Assembly (NCBI GenBank): GCA_002269645.1
Contig: NIVC01001483.1
Span: 124,001 to 188,000 of the forward strand
Direction of reading: 5' to 3'
Origin: Macrostomum lignano
Lineage: Eukaryota
Length of the DNA stretch: 64,000 bases
Below the pieces are notes generated by a model that saw nothing but the letters and a program-made list of their open reading frames with translations, had not been told where the DNA came from and did no database searches. This document shows positions 1-12,002 of the stretch, one piece after another (position 1 is the stretch's first letter; each line of letters starts with the position of its first letter). The translations under genes and the position numbers were made by a program.

Positions 1-1543
1 GACCCCGACTTGTAACTTTTTCCTTGTTGGATAAGACGATCGTAATTTTGGCTAGCTGGGCCTGGGGTAGCGATACCCCAGGGCTTAAACCAGCTAGCAC
101 AAATATAAATATATGCAGGAGCGGCAGTAGGGGAGGCATCTCTCTCTCGCTTTCCTTGGTTGAATTGTGCAAGTCACAGCCATAAGTCTATTACTGCAAT
201 CTAGATACCTGTCTATTCTATAGACTGAAGAGAGAACATTGAGAGAAGCCACCCAGCTGCTGCCGCCACCGCTGTTATCCGGAGAAACAGAGTGAGTCGC
301 GTGTCTTTCTTATTTGAGGGACTGGCGGGAATTAATCTGTGCAATAGGGACGGGCTGATTAAGTCTCCTGACGCGATCCCCCGCTCAGAGTCCGAAGTCA
401 GTCCGGCCAGTTGACTGACGCCATCTTCGGCTCGTTCACTGTGATAGTCAGGGTAGTGATCCGGCCTGTAGCGCATCTGAAGTACAACACAAACAACATA
501 TACTAAAACACTATGGAAGGGTGGCTTACTTGGTTATAATAATCCCGCAATCAGGACGTTTGTTTGAAGTTAGTTTCTGTTTAAATTAGGGGTCCATCCA
601 GCAAGCACAAAGAATGAACAGATGGACCCAACAGTCAACGAGTAGCTAATAGTCGGTTTCAATGCTTATACGTGCCACGAGCCAAGAGAAAATGTTTTAA
701 AATCGGATGACTACAGCTAAGAAAACTGCATGCTAATGCTTCTACAGCTAAGAATAATTTCTTTATTTGAATAATTTTCTTCCTAATTTAATTCAGAGAA
801 TGTAGGACTAAGTATTCAATTTATAAACTGTTAGCGATAGATCAATAACGATTAGAATAAAAACTAGGGTAGCTACTCACCCCTGAGGAGCAAAGGTTAA
901 AATTTCGCTGAGCCACATGTACAAAAACCACGTGATCAAATAGGAATATAAGATAGCAAACGCAAGGAAGGACGAAGGCACAACCTCACTACTCTCCCAG
1001 AGAAAAACACACGGGGAGAAAACAACGGGATAAAAGATAAGGCTTTCGACAACGCAGAGAATGCAGCGCCTGCCTTACTTGGTAACTGGCAGGAGGACAC
1101 TTGATGTCACAGGAGGGCCTTTGCAGCACCAGCTCAGCCCAAGCTCACTTAAGGATCCCAATCCTTAATAATAATAAGGAAGGTGCAGTTGGAGATCCTT
1201 GCCCTGAAGATACATGACCTGCAGACATTGCTGGGAATAACAACAGTCGTTGATGTTGATGTTTAAGAAGTCATCCGGAATTATATTTGAACTGAATGCT
1301 TCAATCATATTTAAATAAGTAGGCACCGTTAGGTAGGGCTTTGGCCTTGAATGGACTAAATAGTTTCACTCGTCCAATAAAGCGATTTATGACTTTTTTC
1401 ATTTAAAGGAATTACCAAAGGCTAACATATTTTTCCCCAGGAATCGGTTGCACCAGCGACCTTTTCCCCCAGGCAGTCAACAAGCAATCGCAGTTAAATC
1501 TTCATTTCCATCGATCGCATTGAGGGTTGGAATTGTGTCATTA

Positions 1544-2894
1544 CCACTAGGCACCACTAGGCTTGAAGACCATCGAGGCATCTGCCTTCAGTCCTGTGCA
1601 GCGAAACTGTTCAACCGGATGCTGCTTCCGCGGTTGCAGCCCGTGCTGGATCCGTACCTGCGCCCAGAGCAGAACGGGTTCCGGCCCCATCGCGGCACAG
1701 TGGCACAGATCCTGGCTCTTCGCCGAGTCATCGAGGAGGCGCGGATTCGTCAGTCGATCCTGATTCTAATCTTTATCGATTTCAAGAAGGCATTCGACTC
1801 GGTTGTCAGAGCCGTGCTTCCAATGGTGCTCCGCGCGTACAACGTGCCTGAGCAGCTGATCTCCGCCATCATGGCGATGTACCGTGATACGACAGCTGCT
1901 GTGACAACACCGGACGGCCTATCGGACTCCTTTGAGACATCCTCCGGAGTGCTTCAGGGAGATACGCTGGCGCCGTTCCTGTTCGTCCTGGTGCTTGACT
2001 GGTTGCTGCGGACTGCTCTTCCTACCGACGACGACGGCTTTCTGCTGCGGCGACGCGTGGGTCGACGTCAACCGGAGAAGCGGCTCAGCGTGCTTGGCTA
2101 CGCCGACGACCTCGCCTGCTATCCTCGACCGTCGATGGCGCCCAACGGCAGCTGGACAGGCTAGTTGCCGTTGCGGCGAGCGTCGGCCTGGTGGTCAACA
2201 CGCAGAAGGCCGTTGTGCTCTGCGTGCCGGACGACATCGAGGCTGCAATATTCTGCCGAGACGCTGACGGGCAGGCGACCGAACTCCCGCGATGTCAGCA
2301 GTTCGTCTACCTCGACGGTCTGGTTCCAGACGCTCGCGAGGACCTGCGACACCGCCGCGGGCTTGCCTGGGCTGCCTTTCGTTCTGTGAGGGCGGTCCTG
2401 CAGTCCGAGGCCCGACCGGACCGCCAGAGGGCGGCGCTGTTCCAGGCGGTAATCGAGACCGTCCTGCTATACAACGCCGAGACCTGGACGCTGACGGACT
2501 CACTCGAACTGCAAGTCGATGCGGCGCACGCTGGCCTGCTGCGCGCCGCCTTCAACATCGGCGTCGAGCGAGTCAACAACGCGGCACTCTATCGCCGCGC
2601 TGGCCTGCCACGTCCAAGCGATCTGCTGCGAGTCGGCGACTCCAGCTCGCAGGCCATCTCATCCACGCCGAGTCGTACTGCCCACAGCCGGTGCAGGAGG
2701 TGCTGCTGCTCACGCTGCAGGCACCCTACCGGCGAGGTCAAGCGCGAACTCGGCGTTACGTCGACTGTCTGCTGGCTGACGCCGGCGCCCCGGACACTGC
2801 CGGTGGCGCGGCCTTTGTTCGCGCCCAAGCCATGAAGCGCGCCCTGTGACGCTGACTTTTGCCACCCTGACAGCGTATTTTGTTGTTGTTGTTG
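1544..2894 (+). mobile_element. 5'-truncated RTE-clade non-LTR retrotransposon (reverse transcriptase C-terminal part, frameshifted)
   Basis: RT motifs QNGFRPHR, FIDFKKAFDSV, GVLQGDTLAPFLF and LGYADDLA, then after a frameshift near 2115 VNTQKAVV...LLYNAETWTLT. (TTG)n 3' tail at about 2878-2896. TTGTGTCATTA occurs at 1533-1543 and 2895-2905 (candidate TSD). Confidence 0.9.
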
Positions 2895-3064
2895 TTGTGT
2901 CATTAATTAGCACTTATTATCAAGAGTAATAAAGCTGTGTATTTTTCATTTATTTTGAGCTGACGTCGGCGCCAAAATGATTTTTTCAATTTGAGTAAAG
3001 TATAAAAAGCGCTGTGCTCTAAGCAAGCCTCGTATTTATAGGTTAAAATTTGATTGACCAGTTC

Positions 3065-3278
3065 AGTGTCAAAAGGTTTGGGGTTATAGGTTTAGGGTCG
3101 GGTCGGGTTTTGGTACCGGGTTGAAAGTTCGGGGTTTGAAAAAATGTTTGGGTCGGGGTTCGGGGTACGTTTACCGGGTTCGAGATGGGTTTACCTAGTT
3201 TGGGGTAGGTTTACCGGGTTAGGGGTAGGTTTTCCGGGATAGGTTTTGTCCAAAAAACTGTCGTCCTTAACATCCCTA
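3065..3278. mobile_element. Possible right end of a hAT-like DNA element (G-rich subterminal repeats)
   Basis: Repeated ACCGGG/TCGGG motifs end in CATCCCTA (3271-3278), the same terminal 8-mer as the hAT element at 19797-20800. No partner end or TSD found. Confidence 0.35.
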
Positions 3279-3865
3279 ACACGAGAGACTGAAATAAATT
3301 TCTTTTCTCAGTGAAGTTTTTGGGAGACAAGATTTGCTGAGTGATTTTGTCAATTGAGTTGGCCCGGGCCGGCCCCCAGTTTCCCCTCTGCATCTTCTCT
3401 CTCTACTCTCAAGCCCCAGTCCGACGGCCGTCCCACGGGCAGCCCCTGCCGCCAGAGGCGATGCGGGCGGCAGTCGCAGCTCCGGGCCGGCGCTCCCGCA
3501 GCCCGCATGCAAAGTCAGGCAGGGAGGCCGTGCGGCCGCCCGCAGCAACTGCAGCGGCTCTGCCGCCATCAGCTGCGCCTCAGCCTCCAAGCCGGGCCAG
3601 CAGAGCCTTCGAATGCAGCCCCGCTGTGCATGCAGTCAGCTGCAAGGCCTCCCCACCGCCTCTGAGAGAGGCGTTCCCTGCTGAAAGCCAGAGCTACCTG
3701 GTTGCCATGGCGACCGCAGCTGCTGCATAATTCAGACTCGGAGCTTTTATATTGGCTTGCATCATCGCTAGTACTGGGGGACTGCGGACTGACTTGTGAA
3801 ATTCTGAGCGACCACGGCAGAGTCAGCTGAACTGGTGAGTCTGTTGAGCATGAGGCATGAGCTGG

Positions 3866-4605
3866 GATTCCGCCCTCTACATCCGCCCTCTACATCCGCC
3901 CTCTACATCCGCCCTCTACATCCGCCCTCTACATCCGCCCTCTACATCTCCACCCTCTACATCCGCCCTCTACATCCGCCCTCTACATCCACCTTCTACA
4001 TCCGCCCTCTACATCCGCCCTCTACATCCGCCCTCTACATCCGCCCTCTACATCCGCCCTCTACATCCGCCCTCTACATCCGCCCTCTGCATCCGCCCTC
4101 TACATCCGCCCTCTACATCCGCCCTCCCTCCACCCTCTACATCCACCTTCTACATCCGCCCTCTACATCCACCTTCTACATCCGCCCTCTACATCCGCCC
4201 TCTACATCCGCCCTCTACATCCGCCCTCTGCATCCGCCCTCTACATCCACCTTCTACATCCGCCCTCTACATCCGCCCTCTACATCCGCCTTCCCTCCAC
4301 CCTCTTCATCCGCCCTCTACATCCACCTTCTACATCCGCCCTCTACATCCGCCCTCTACATCCGCCCTCTACATCCGCCCTCTACATCCGCCCTCCCTCC
4401 ACCCTCTACATCCGCCCTCTACATCCACCTTCTACATCCACCCTCTACATCCGCCCTCTACATCCACCTTCTACATCCGCCCTCTACATCCGCCCTCTAC
4501 ATCCACCTTCTACATCCGCCCTCTACATCCGCCCTCTACATCCACCTTCTACATCCGCTCTCTACATCCGCTCTCTACATCCACCTTCTACATCCGCCCT
4601 CTGTC
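3866..4605. repeat. 13-bp minisatellite (CCGCCCTCTACAT)n
   Basis: Direct tandem array starting about 30 bp after a GTGAGT donor-like site at 3835; explains ORFs 3835 and 3857. Confidence 0.95.
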
Positions 4606-4686
4606 TCCGCCATCTTCCGGCGCAAAACCCGCCATTCCACACTCAGACCAAATGCAGCTCCAACTCGACATTCCACACTCAGACCA

Positions 4687-5752
4687 ATGCAGCTCCAACC
4701 CGACATTCCACACTCAGACCAAATTCAGCTCCAAGTCGCTCGCAAAGTCGCTCTGCTGCTGCTGCTGGCTGCAATGCTGCATCACGTGACCGAAGCCTCC
4801 GCCGACTCCGGGCAGACGTGGCAGTCGAGCCGCGAGAGCCTCCGACTACGAGGCCGTGAAGTCGCTGCCAGCCCGAGGCGAGTTTGAATGCGACTCCGAC
4901 TTTGCAAAGCGACTCCGCTGTGCACCTGATGTCGTTCAGCGCCAGCTCCGGCCTGTGCGCTCACTTCAGGTGTCGCCTGGGCCTGAGCCACTGCAGCAAG
5001 TGCCGCAATGCGAACAAGGGAGCTCAGCGAGTGTGGGTGAGTCACTCAGTTAGACATGTCAGCGTTAACGCAGAGTAGAAGAACTGGCACACCTGTGCAC
5101 CTGTCACCTTGCAGACAGCCGGCAGTGACTGCTGGACGACCGTGCAGCACAGGCTGTCCGGCTCGGTGGACTTTTACCGCAACTGGACTCAGTACCAGAG
5201 CGAGTTCGGCGAGGGACCCGACAGAAACTACTGGATCGGTGAGTGCATCCCGGATGTGCTTCTTTCGCTTGCTTTTCCAGTTCGGATTTCAATGACAAGC
5301 AGCGCCATGACGCCCGCACCTTCCCAGGACTGAACTCTCTCTACGCGCTCACTGCTTCTGGTCCTCGGAAGCTGAGGATCCTGATGAAGGCGTGGAACGA
5401 CTCTGAGCACTGGGCCGAGTACTCCAGCTTCTCCGTGGTTTCCGAGTCTGACAACTACCGGCTGAGCGTCTCCGGCTTCTCCGGCAGCGCCGGCATCGGC
5501 GACAGCCTCACCTACAGCAGCGGCATGCAGTTCAGCACGAAGGACGCCGATCACGACACCGATCCTACTGGCAACTGCGCAATCCGTTATAAAGGTGCCT
5601 GGTGGTTCAAAGACTGTTTCCACACCCACCCGAACGGAGAGTACAAAAACTCATCTGCTGCCATCGGAGGTGCTTTAAATAAGGGAGTTATTTAGCATGG
5701 CAACTTTGGCGCTTACTACTCGCTGAAGGAGATCGAGATGCTGCTTCTGTAG
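4687..5752 (+). pseudogene. Secreted fibrinogen-related (FReD/ficolin-like) gene, apparently disrupted
   Basis: Signal-peptide-like RKVALLLLLAAMLHHVTEASA. Exons about 4687-5036, 5115-5238, 5329-5752 with GT/AG sites. FReD motifs [41 protein letters not shown]. In-frame TAG at 5693-5695 is followed by HGNFGAYYSLKEIEM. At least one frame change in the first exon. Confidence 0.8.
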
Positions 5753-6251
5753 CAGCACCAGCGTGATGGCAGAGAAGCTGCCGCTGCTGCAACCGCGAAT
5801 TCGAGCGTTCGAAGCAACTTTTTGACATTTCCTGAAATTTGCGCAAACTGAAACATTTTTCTGCAGTGCGAGGACAGCCGCGAGATGAAGCAGTCGATGC
5901 TGATAATGAAAATACACAAGCTCAGAATGTCCACCTTGAGAAAAATTAAAATTTCCGGATTAAAAATTCACCCGATGTTGGGTCTCGCCATGGACGACTT
6001 AAGTACAAGGACTCTAGATACTCTGAGATCCCGACCAGTTTTTCTGCAACATGCTGCATTAATATTATTATTATTATGGTGAGATACAATGAGGCTGAGA
6101 ATAGATTATGGTGAGATGCGATGAAGCTGAGAATAGATTGTGGTGGAATAAGCTGCCCATGATTTTATAAAGTGGAACATGTTTATTCGGATTGACTGAA
6201 CTGAGTTGTTTAAGCGCATTTCAATTTTCTGTTCTGGAGAGAGGGAGGGGA

Positions 6252-6665
6252 GGTGGGAGTGAGGGAGGGAAAGAATGGGGAAGAAGATGGAGAGAGGGAG
6301 GGAAAGAATGGGGAAGAAGATGGAGAGAGGGAGGGAAAGAATGGGGAAGAAGATGGAGAGAGGGAGGGAAAGAATGGGGAAGAAGATGGAGAGAGGGAGG
6401 GAAAGAATGGGGAAGAAGATGGAGAGAGGGAGGGAAAGAATGGGGAAGAAGATGGAGAGAGGGAGGGAAAGAATGGGGAAGAAGATGGAGAGAGGGAGGG
6501 AAAGAATGGGGAAGAAGATGGAGAGAGGGAGGGAAAGAATGGGGAAGAAGATGGAGAGAGGGAGGGAAAGAATGGGGAAGAAGATGGAGAGAGGGAGGGA
6601 AAGAATGGGGAAGAAGATGGAGAGAGGGAGGGAAAGAATGGGGAAGATGGGACAAAGGGAGGGAA
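6252..6665. repeat. 33-bp purine-rich minisatellite
   Basis: Unit GAGAGGGAGGGAAAGAATGGGGAAGAAGATGGA, about 12 near-perfect copies. A related unit recurs at about 22120-22200. Confidence 0.95.
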
Positions 6666-6679
6666 AGAATAGGGAAAAA

Positions 6680-6890
6680 ATCGCGCATTTTGAGCAGTTT
6701 TTTTGCACTTTTAGGTAGGAAGACTTGAGTTTAGGAAATTTTAAGGTAGCCTATGACACTTTCCGTAGTGAATTTAGGGTGGGTGCAAAATTTGGTGTAA
6801 TTTGGTCGAGCGGTTTGGGAGTCTATAGCGAAGTAATTTGTACACAGACACACAGAGATACAAATATTGATTTTTATAGGTATAGATTTA
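6680..6890 (-). mobile_element. DINE-1/Helentron-like non-autonomous repeat, copy A
   Basis: Reverse-complement match to 19420-19625 (for example CCAAACCGCTCGACCAAAT, GAGTCTTCCTACCTAAAA). Family assignment is inferred from the CTACATATAAAAAT...CTGTCTGTCTG start of copy B. Confidence 0.6.
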
Positions 6891-8387
6891 TTTTCTGCCA
6901 AGTTGCTCTTCAGAATCAGTTGTATCAGGAATTCTTTCAGAACAATTGCTAAAATATTTACCTATACTTTCCATGGCTTACAGTTCGCCTTCTTTCAATC
7001 GCAATGCCAAAGTGGTGACAAATCACTGACCGTGCATTATTGAATTTCAGTTCCATTGCCCGGAATACCCTAATGCTTGACGAATTGCAACTATATTAGT
7101 GAATCTGATAAGTCCCCAATTACAATTTGATGGTGGGGAATGATTCCCAGTTTTCTGCAGCTTTGCCAAGACGGCAGTGGCGCAACCAAGATTTTCAACA
7201 CCGCATGGATCCCTGTCGCTGCGTGCTGCCTGCTCAGAGTTTTCGTGGCGGAGAAACTGCCGTCACTCTTGATGCACTGCCACTGGCTGATTAGTTTAGT
7301 AGGGCGGTACAAGGACATGCATTGAACAGATTTTATATTGATTTTCTCTTAGCGTAGTTTTTTACATTTCTGCTATCAGTAGAGCGTCAAATAAAAGTTT
7401 AGTATAAACTATGCTCGGTGTTCTTGTTGTACTTGTGTTTTTCAATTGATTAAACTGTCAGCCTGTTAGATACGCCGGTCCAGCCAAAATCGTATAAATA
7501 TGAACACTCTGGAGCGGTCAACAGCTCAATTACTTCTCCACTTAGCAAGTACTCAATATTCACGTCTTGTACGCTAGGGCTTGTCCTTGATTGTACTCGT
7601 ACTAAACTTCACTTGCTTGTTGTACATCGGTCGTGTGACTTGATTGTTCATTTGATGACAGTGTGAATCGGGTTAATTTTTAGTCAATTACAAGTGACGA
7701 ATAAATTATTGATTTGTTTAAATCGGCCCAATGCGGATGCGATTTGCAGACTGAAACAAACAAAAAGTGCTAATTCACCGTTTAAAGCAAAAACAGGAGC
7801 TGAAAGCAGTATATTGAATCATTCAATGGTCATTCCATTCACATGTGCATGCATCTAAATTTATCACTATCATTTAAAAGCTTCCAAAATTTGGCTTAAT
7901 CCGGTTCGGCCACAATAGCATAACTTGATCGGGCAGTCGCGGCCCTCCCCCCTATCCATCTCTCTCCTCTCGTGTCTCAGCTGCCGCCCCTTCACCCCTG
8001 CCCACTGACAATGCACTTGCTATGCCGAGCACGCAGCCACAGTCAGCTCTCATTGTTTAACTCAGCAGAGCTCGCAGCATCTCACTGCTCCTGCATCTCT
8101 CACCCCGCTGAGCAGAGCAGCTGCCGGGCCCACTGGCACCCAACCAGGCCTCAGACACAACCGCTGGGTTAGAGAAGAGAATCGGCCTCAGTCCATTTAA
8201 ACAAATTTCTCTGCACAGGGAGAGCTCAGAGATTTCAGTCCGTGACAGAGGGACTTTTGCTGCTGCTGCTGAGCTGGCAGGCAAATTCGCTTGAAGAAGA
8301 GCAAAGCACTCAGTTTAAAGTCGTGTGGAACAGCTGCGGCAGACAGCAGATCGGCAGAGAAGCGCTGCTAGGAGAAGCTGTGTAGCC

Positions 8388-11063
8388 ATGGCAACACAGA
8401 TGGAGCGGAAGCTGAAAGCGGCGCTGGAGGCTGGAGACAGCGAGGAGCTGCAGCGACTGTGCGGTGAGGTCGGCAGCAACATCGAGCTGGAGGTGGGCGG
8501 GTTCGACACGCAAGACTTTCCCTTAGAAGAGCTTCGCATGCCGCTGGCCCATCACGTGGCCTGCAAGCCGAAGAGCTCGTCGTGCCTGGAGCTGCTGATT
8601 AACAGATTCGGACTCGACTGTCTGACACATGGAAATGATAGGGGCGAGACTCCAGTGGACTTGGCTGCCCAGCATCAGGACGAATCTTGGATGGAGCTGG
8701 TTAAAGAGAAGGGAGGCAGAGGCTGCTTGAGAATTGTCGATGGATGGAGACAGTCAGTCGCTCACTTTGCCGCTATGAACAGAAAAAGCAACTCTTGTCT
8801 AAGGTGGCTGGTGAGGGAGCTCGGCAGCGACTGTCTCACAGCTCCTGACAAACTCGGTGACATGGCCGTCCATTTTGCCGCTAAGCATCAGGGCATCGAG
8901 TCACTGGAGTGGATCAAGAGACAGATCGGAACTGACTACTTTCGGCATAAGGGGGGGTTCTGGAAGAGAACAGCATTTCACTTTGCTGCTCAGAAGTCTG
9001 ACAATTCAAATCTGAAGTGGCTGGTGAGGGAGCTCGGCAGCGACTGTCTCACAGTTGCTGACAAACACGGTGACACGGCCGTCCATTTGGCCGCTCAGCA
9101 TCAGGGCACCGAGTCGCTGGAGTGGATCAAGAATCAGATCGGAACTGACTGCTTTCGGCAGAAGGAAAAGCGGAAAAGAACAGCATTTCACTTTGCTGCT
9201 GAGAAGTCTGACAATTCAAATCTGAAGTGGCTGGTGAAGGAGCTCGGCAGCGACTGTCTCACAGTTCCTGACAAATACGGAAACATGGCCGTCCATTTAG
9301 CCGCTCAACATCAACCAGTCGACTCTCTTCAGTTCATTTTTGACCAAATTGCAGCCGAAATGTTCAGCTTGAAGAACAACAGGGGCGAAACACCGACTGA
9401 TGTTGTTGAGAGTAATCGGTGCCGCACAGACCAGTCAGCAAAGCGGGCCTGGATTTCCTCCACGCAGCCGCAGCTCGAAGCCTCTAGGCCTCCCGCTGGC
9501 AGCTCAGCGCCGACTGCCGCCTCAGCTGGGTGAGTCCTGACTGAGAACTGCTGCCTCAGCTGGGTGAGTCCTGACTGAGAGCTGCTGCCTGACACTAAAA
9601 ATACTGAAAATATTGTTTGGCGAAAATTCATTGCACCTTGATGATCGGCGCCCTGAAATTCTCAGCAGCGCCGCAGTCAAGCGAGGGCGTCATGAATGTC
9701 ACTGCAGCTCCTCATGGGACCCCGAACCCCCACCCATAGCTCAATCTGCAGGAATTTTTTAGCACAAAGCATCAGCGAGTTTAAATGCCATCAAACTCTC
9801 CGAAGTTTCAAACTCTCCGATTTTAGTAGAAATGTACTTAATTTGACGTTCCAAATATTGCCACTTAAATGACTTCAGAGCCTCCAATCTCTTCGTGGGA
9901 CCGCAATCTCCCGATCGCGTCTCTAATGTCCATATAGCGCCACCCAAAGCTCAATCTGCAGTGGCTTCTTATTTACCACAGGGTGTGTACATGTACAAGA
10001 TTTACTTCGACAAGCCTCTTGTACTGGCGTGAGTTCATTCAGCCCACACAGCTACAGCACACAGCTACAGCACACACAGCTAGAGCATGCAAATCATCCC
10101 TAATTGCCTCAATTCGCATCCCATCAGACCCGAAGGCCCCCCGCTCCTGGAGCGCTGGGACGCCGTTCGTCTCATCGGCCGCGGAGCCTTCGGTGAAGTC
10201 CACGAAGTTCGAACTGACACGGGCGTCACGTGTGCTGCCAAGACTCTCAGACTGCCTGTGCAGCTCGGTGATGAGCTGCCCTCTGTGAGCACAGAGATCC
10301 ACAGAGCTATCGAGAGCGAGAGAAACCTGTGCAGACTGCGGCATCCCAACATCGTCAGGTTCTTGCACATCGCTCAGCCGGAGCCCGCCACAGTCGTTGT
10401 ATTCATGGAGCTGCTGGACGGCCGAAGCTTGGAGAAGTTTATCGACAACAAGCCGCTGGACGAGCCAAAGATTCGAGACTTCAGCGAGCAGGTGAGCATT
10501 GTGCATCCTTGATGCTTCTGTTCCATGTTTCCATGAATGATGACTGCTCACTGACCGACCGCTCGCAGATCTGCCGCGCGCTGATCTACCTGCACAGCCG
10601 GCAGCCGCCCGTGATCCACAGAGACATCAACTGCTCGAACATAATTGTTTGTGCTGACAACACGCGAATCAAGCTGATCGACTTCGGCCTGTCAATCAAG
10701 CTGGAGCAGTCAGTCAGCCACATGTCAGCCTCCACTCAGGCACCCAAAGGCACTCTGAACTTCATGGCGCCGGAGCTGCTCGGAGCGGGAGAGTCGGACA
10801 GCGTGCAGTACAGCAGAGAGTCGGACATCTGGGCGTTCGGCTGCTCGGTCTTCCAGATGGCCTCCGGCGCGAGGCCGTTCGCAAACGCCAAAAGCATGTT
10901 AGGAATGGCCAAGCTGATCGACAGGAAGGGCGCCCCCGCCCTGCCGGACGGCCGGTCCGCAGAGCTTCAGGATTTCTACAGCCGCTGCACCGCCATGGAT
11001 CGCAGGCGGAGAAAAGCCGCACAGGAGCTGCTTGAGCAAGAGTTCCTGAGGAAAAACCTCTGA
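8388..11063 (+). CDS. Ankyrin-repeat protein fused to a C-terminal MAP3K/STE11-like Ser/Thr kinase
   Basis: Exons 8388-9529, 10128-10491, 10569-11063. The phase-2 junction GG|GTGAGT...CATCAG|A joins ANK and kinase in frame. Kinase motifs GRGAFGEV, AAK, E, HRDINCSN, DFG, GTLNFMAPE, DIWAFGC. Start codon uncertain (8325, 8388 or 8400). Confidence 0.88.
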
Positions 11064-11589
11064 CTCTCAGTGCTAACCCGAGTTGCTTCTAACACTGCAG
11101 GGAGATTTTGGAACTTTTATGTTAAGCGTAAATCGAACGAGAACAAAATTTATTTTTCTAAGATTCGCCTACACTAATATCTTTTAAACTTTTCTTTATT
11201 TCATCTCCATAGTGCTTTTATTGCTATGAAAGCATGTTCCATTTTCAGAGCGTAGCTGGCCATTCGAGAAGTTGGGAAACTGAAAATTTCTTGAGTAGAT
11301 AGCGAGAAGACAAAAAAGGAGGGCACCATCCAGCACCCAGCACCCACACAGCACCAACGCAACCGAAATCATTTCCATTCTTCATCACAGCTTATGATCT
11401 CAATTCTCCATCAGATGCATCGAGTTTGTCATATCGTTAATTTATCAAAGCTACTCCATCCTGAACGTGAGCTGCTACTTTAACTGCACGGATTTTAAGC
11501 CACATGAGCATTAATTGTGCTCAATCCGGTTTGCTAGCATGGGCACATGCAGGGCTTCTGATGGAGCTCTGATTTTTCTCCTTTGGATT

Positions 11590-11985
11590 TGATGGAGAAT
11601 AGAGAAGCTGAGCTGGGATCTGATGGAGAATAGAGAAGCTGAGCTGGGATCTGATGGAGAATAGAGAAGCTGAGCTGGGATCTGATGGAGAATAGAGAAG
11701 CTGAGCTGGGATCTGATGGAGAATAGAGAAGCTGAGCTGGGATCTGATGGAGAATAGAGAAGCTGAGCTGGGATCTGATGGAGAATAGAGAAGCTGAGCT
11801 GGGATCTGATGGAGAATAGAGAAGCTGAGCTGGGATCTGATGGAGAATAGAGAAGCTGAGCTGGGATCTGATGGAGAATAGAGAAGCTGAGCTGGGATCT
11901 GATGGAGAATAGAGAAGCTGAGCTGGGATCTGATGGAGAATAGAGAAGCCGAGCTGGGATCTGATGAAGAATAGAGAAGCTGAGC
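11590..11985. repeat. 31-bp minisatellite
   Basis: Unit GATGGAGAATAGAGAAGCTGAGCTGGGATCT, about 12-13 copies. Confidence 0.95.
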
Positions 11986-12002
11986 TGAGTTGACAAATCT
12001 CA

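Noticed and set aside
213-476. 87-aa minus-strand ORF and the first 1.4 kb as a gene or LTR
   Set aside because: No recognisable domain, splice support, PBS/PPT or second copy in the window.
3065-3250. Interstitial telomeric repeat
   Set aside because: Only isolated TTAGGG-like words; the pattern fits transposon subterminal repeats better.
8388-11063. True RNase L or IRE1 orthologue
   Set aside because: The ORF ends immediately after the kinase with no KEN/RNase domain, and the kinase is MAP3K-like; only the architectural analogy is kept.
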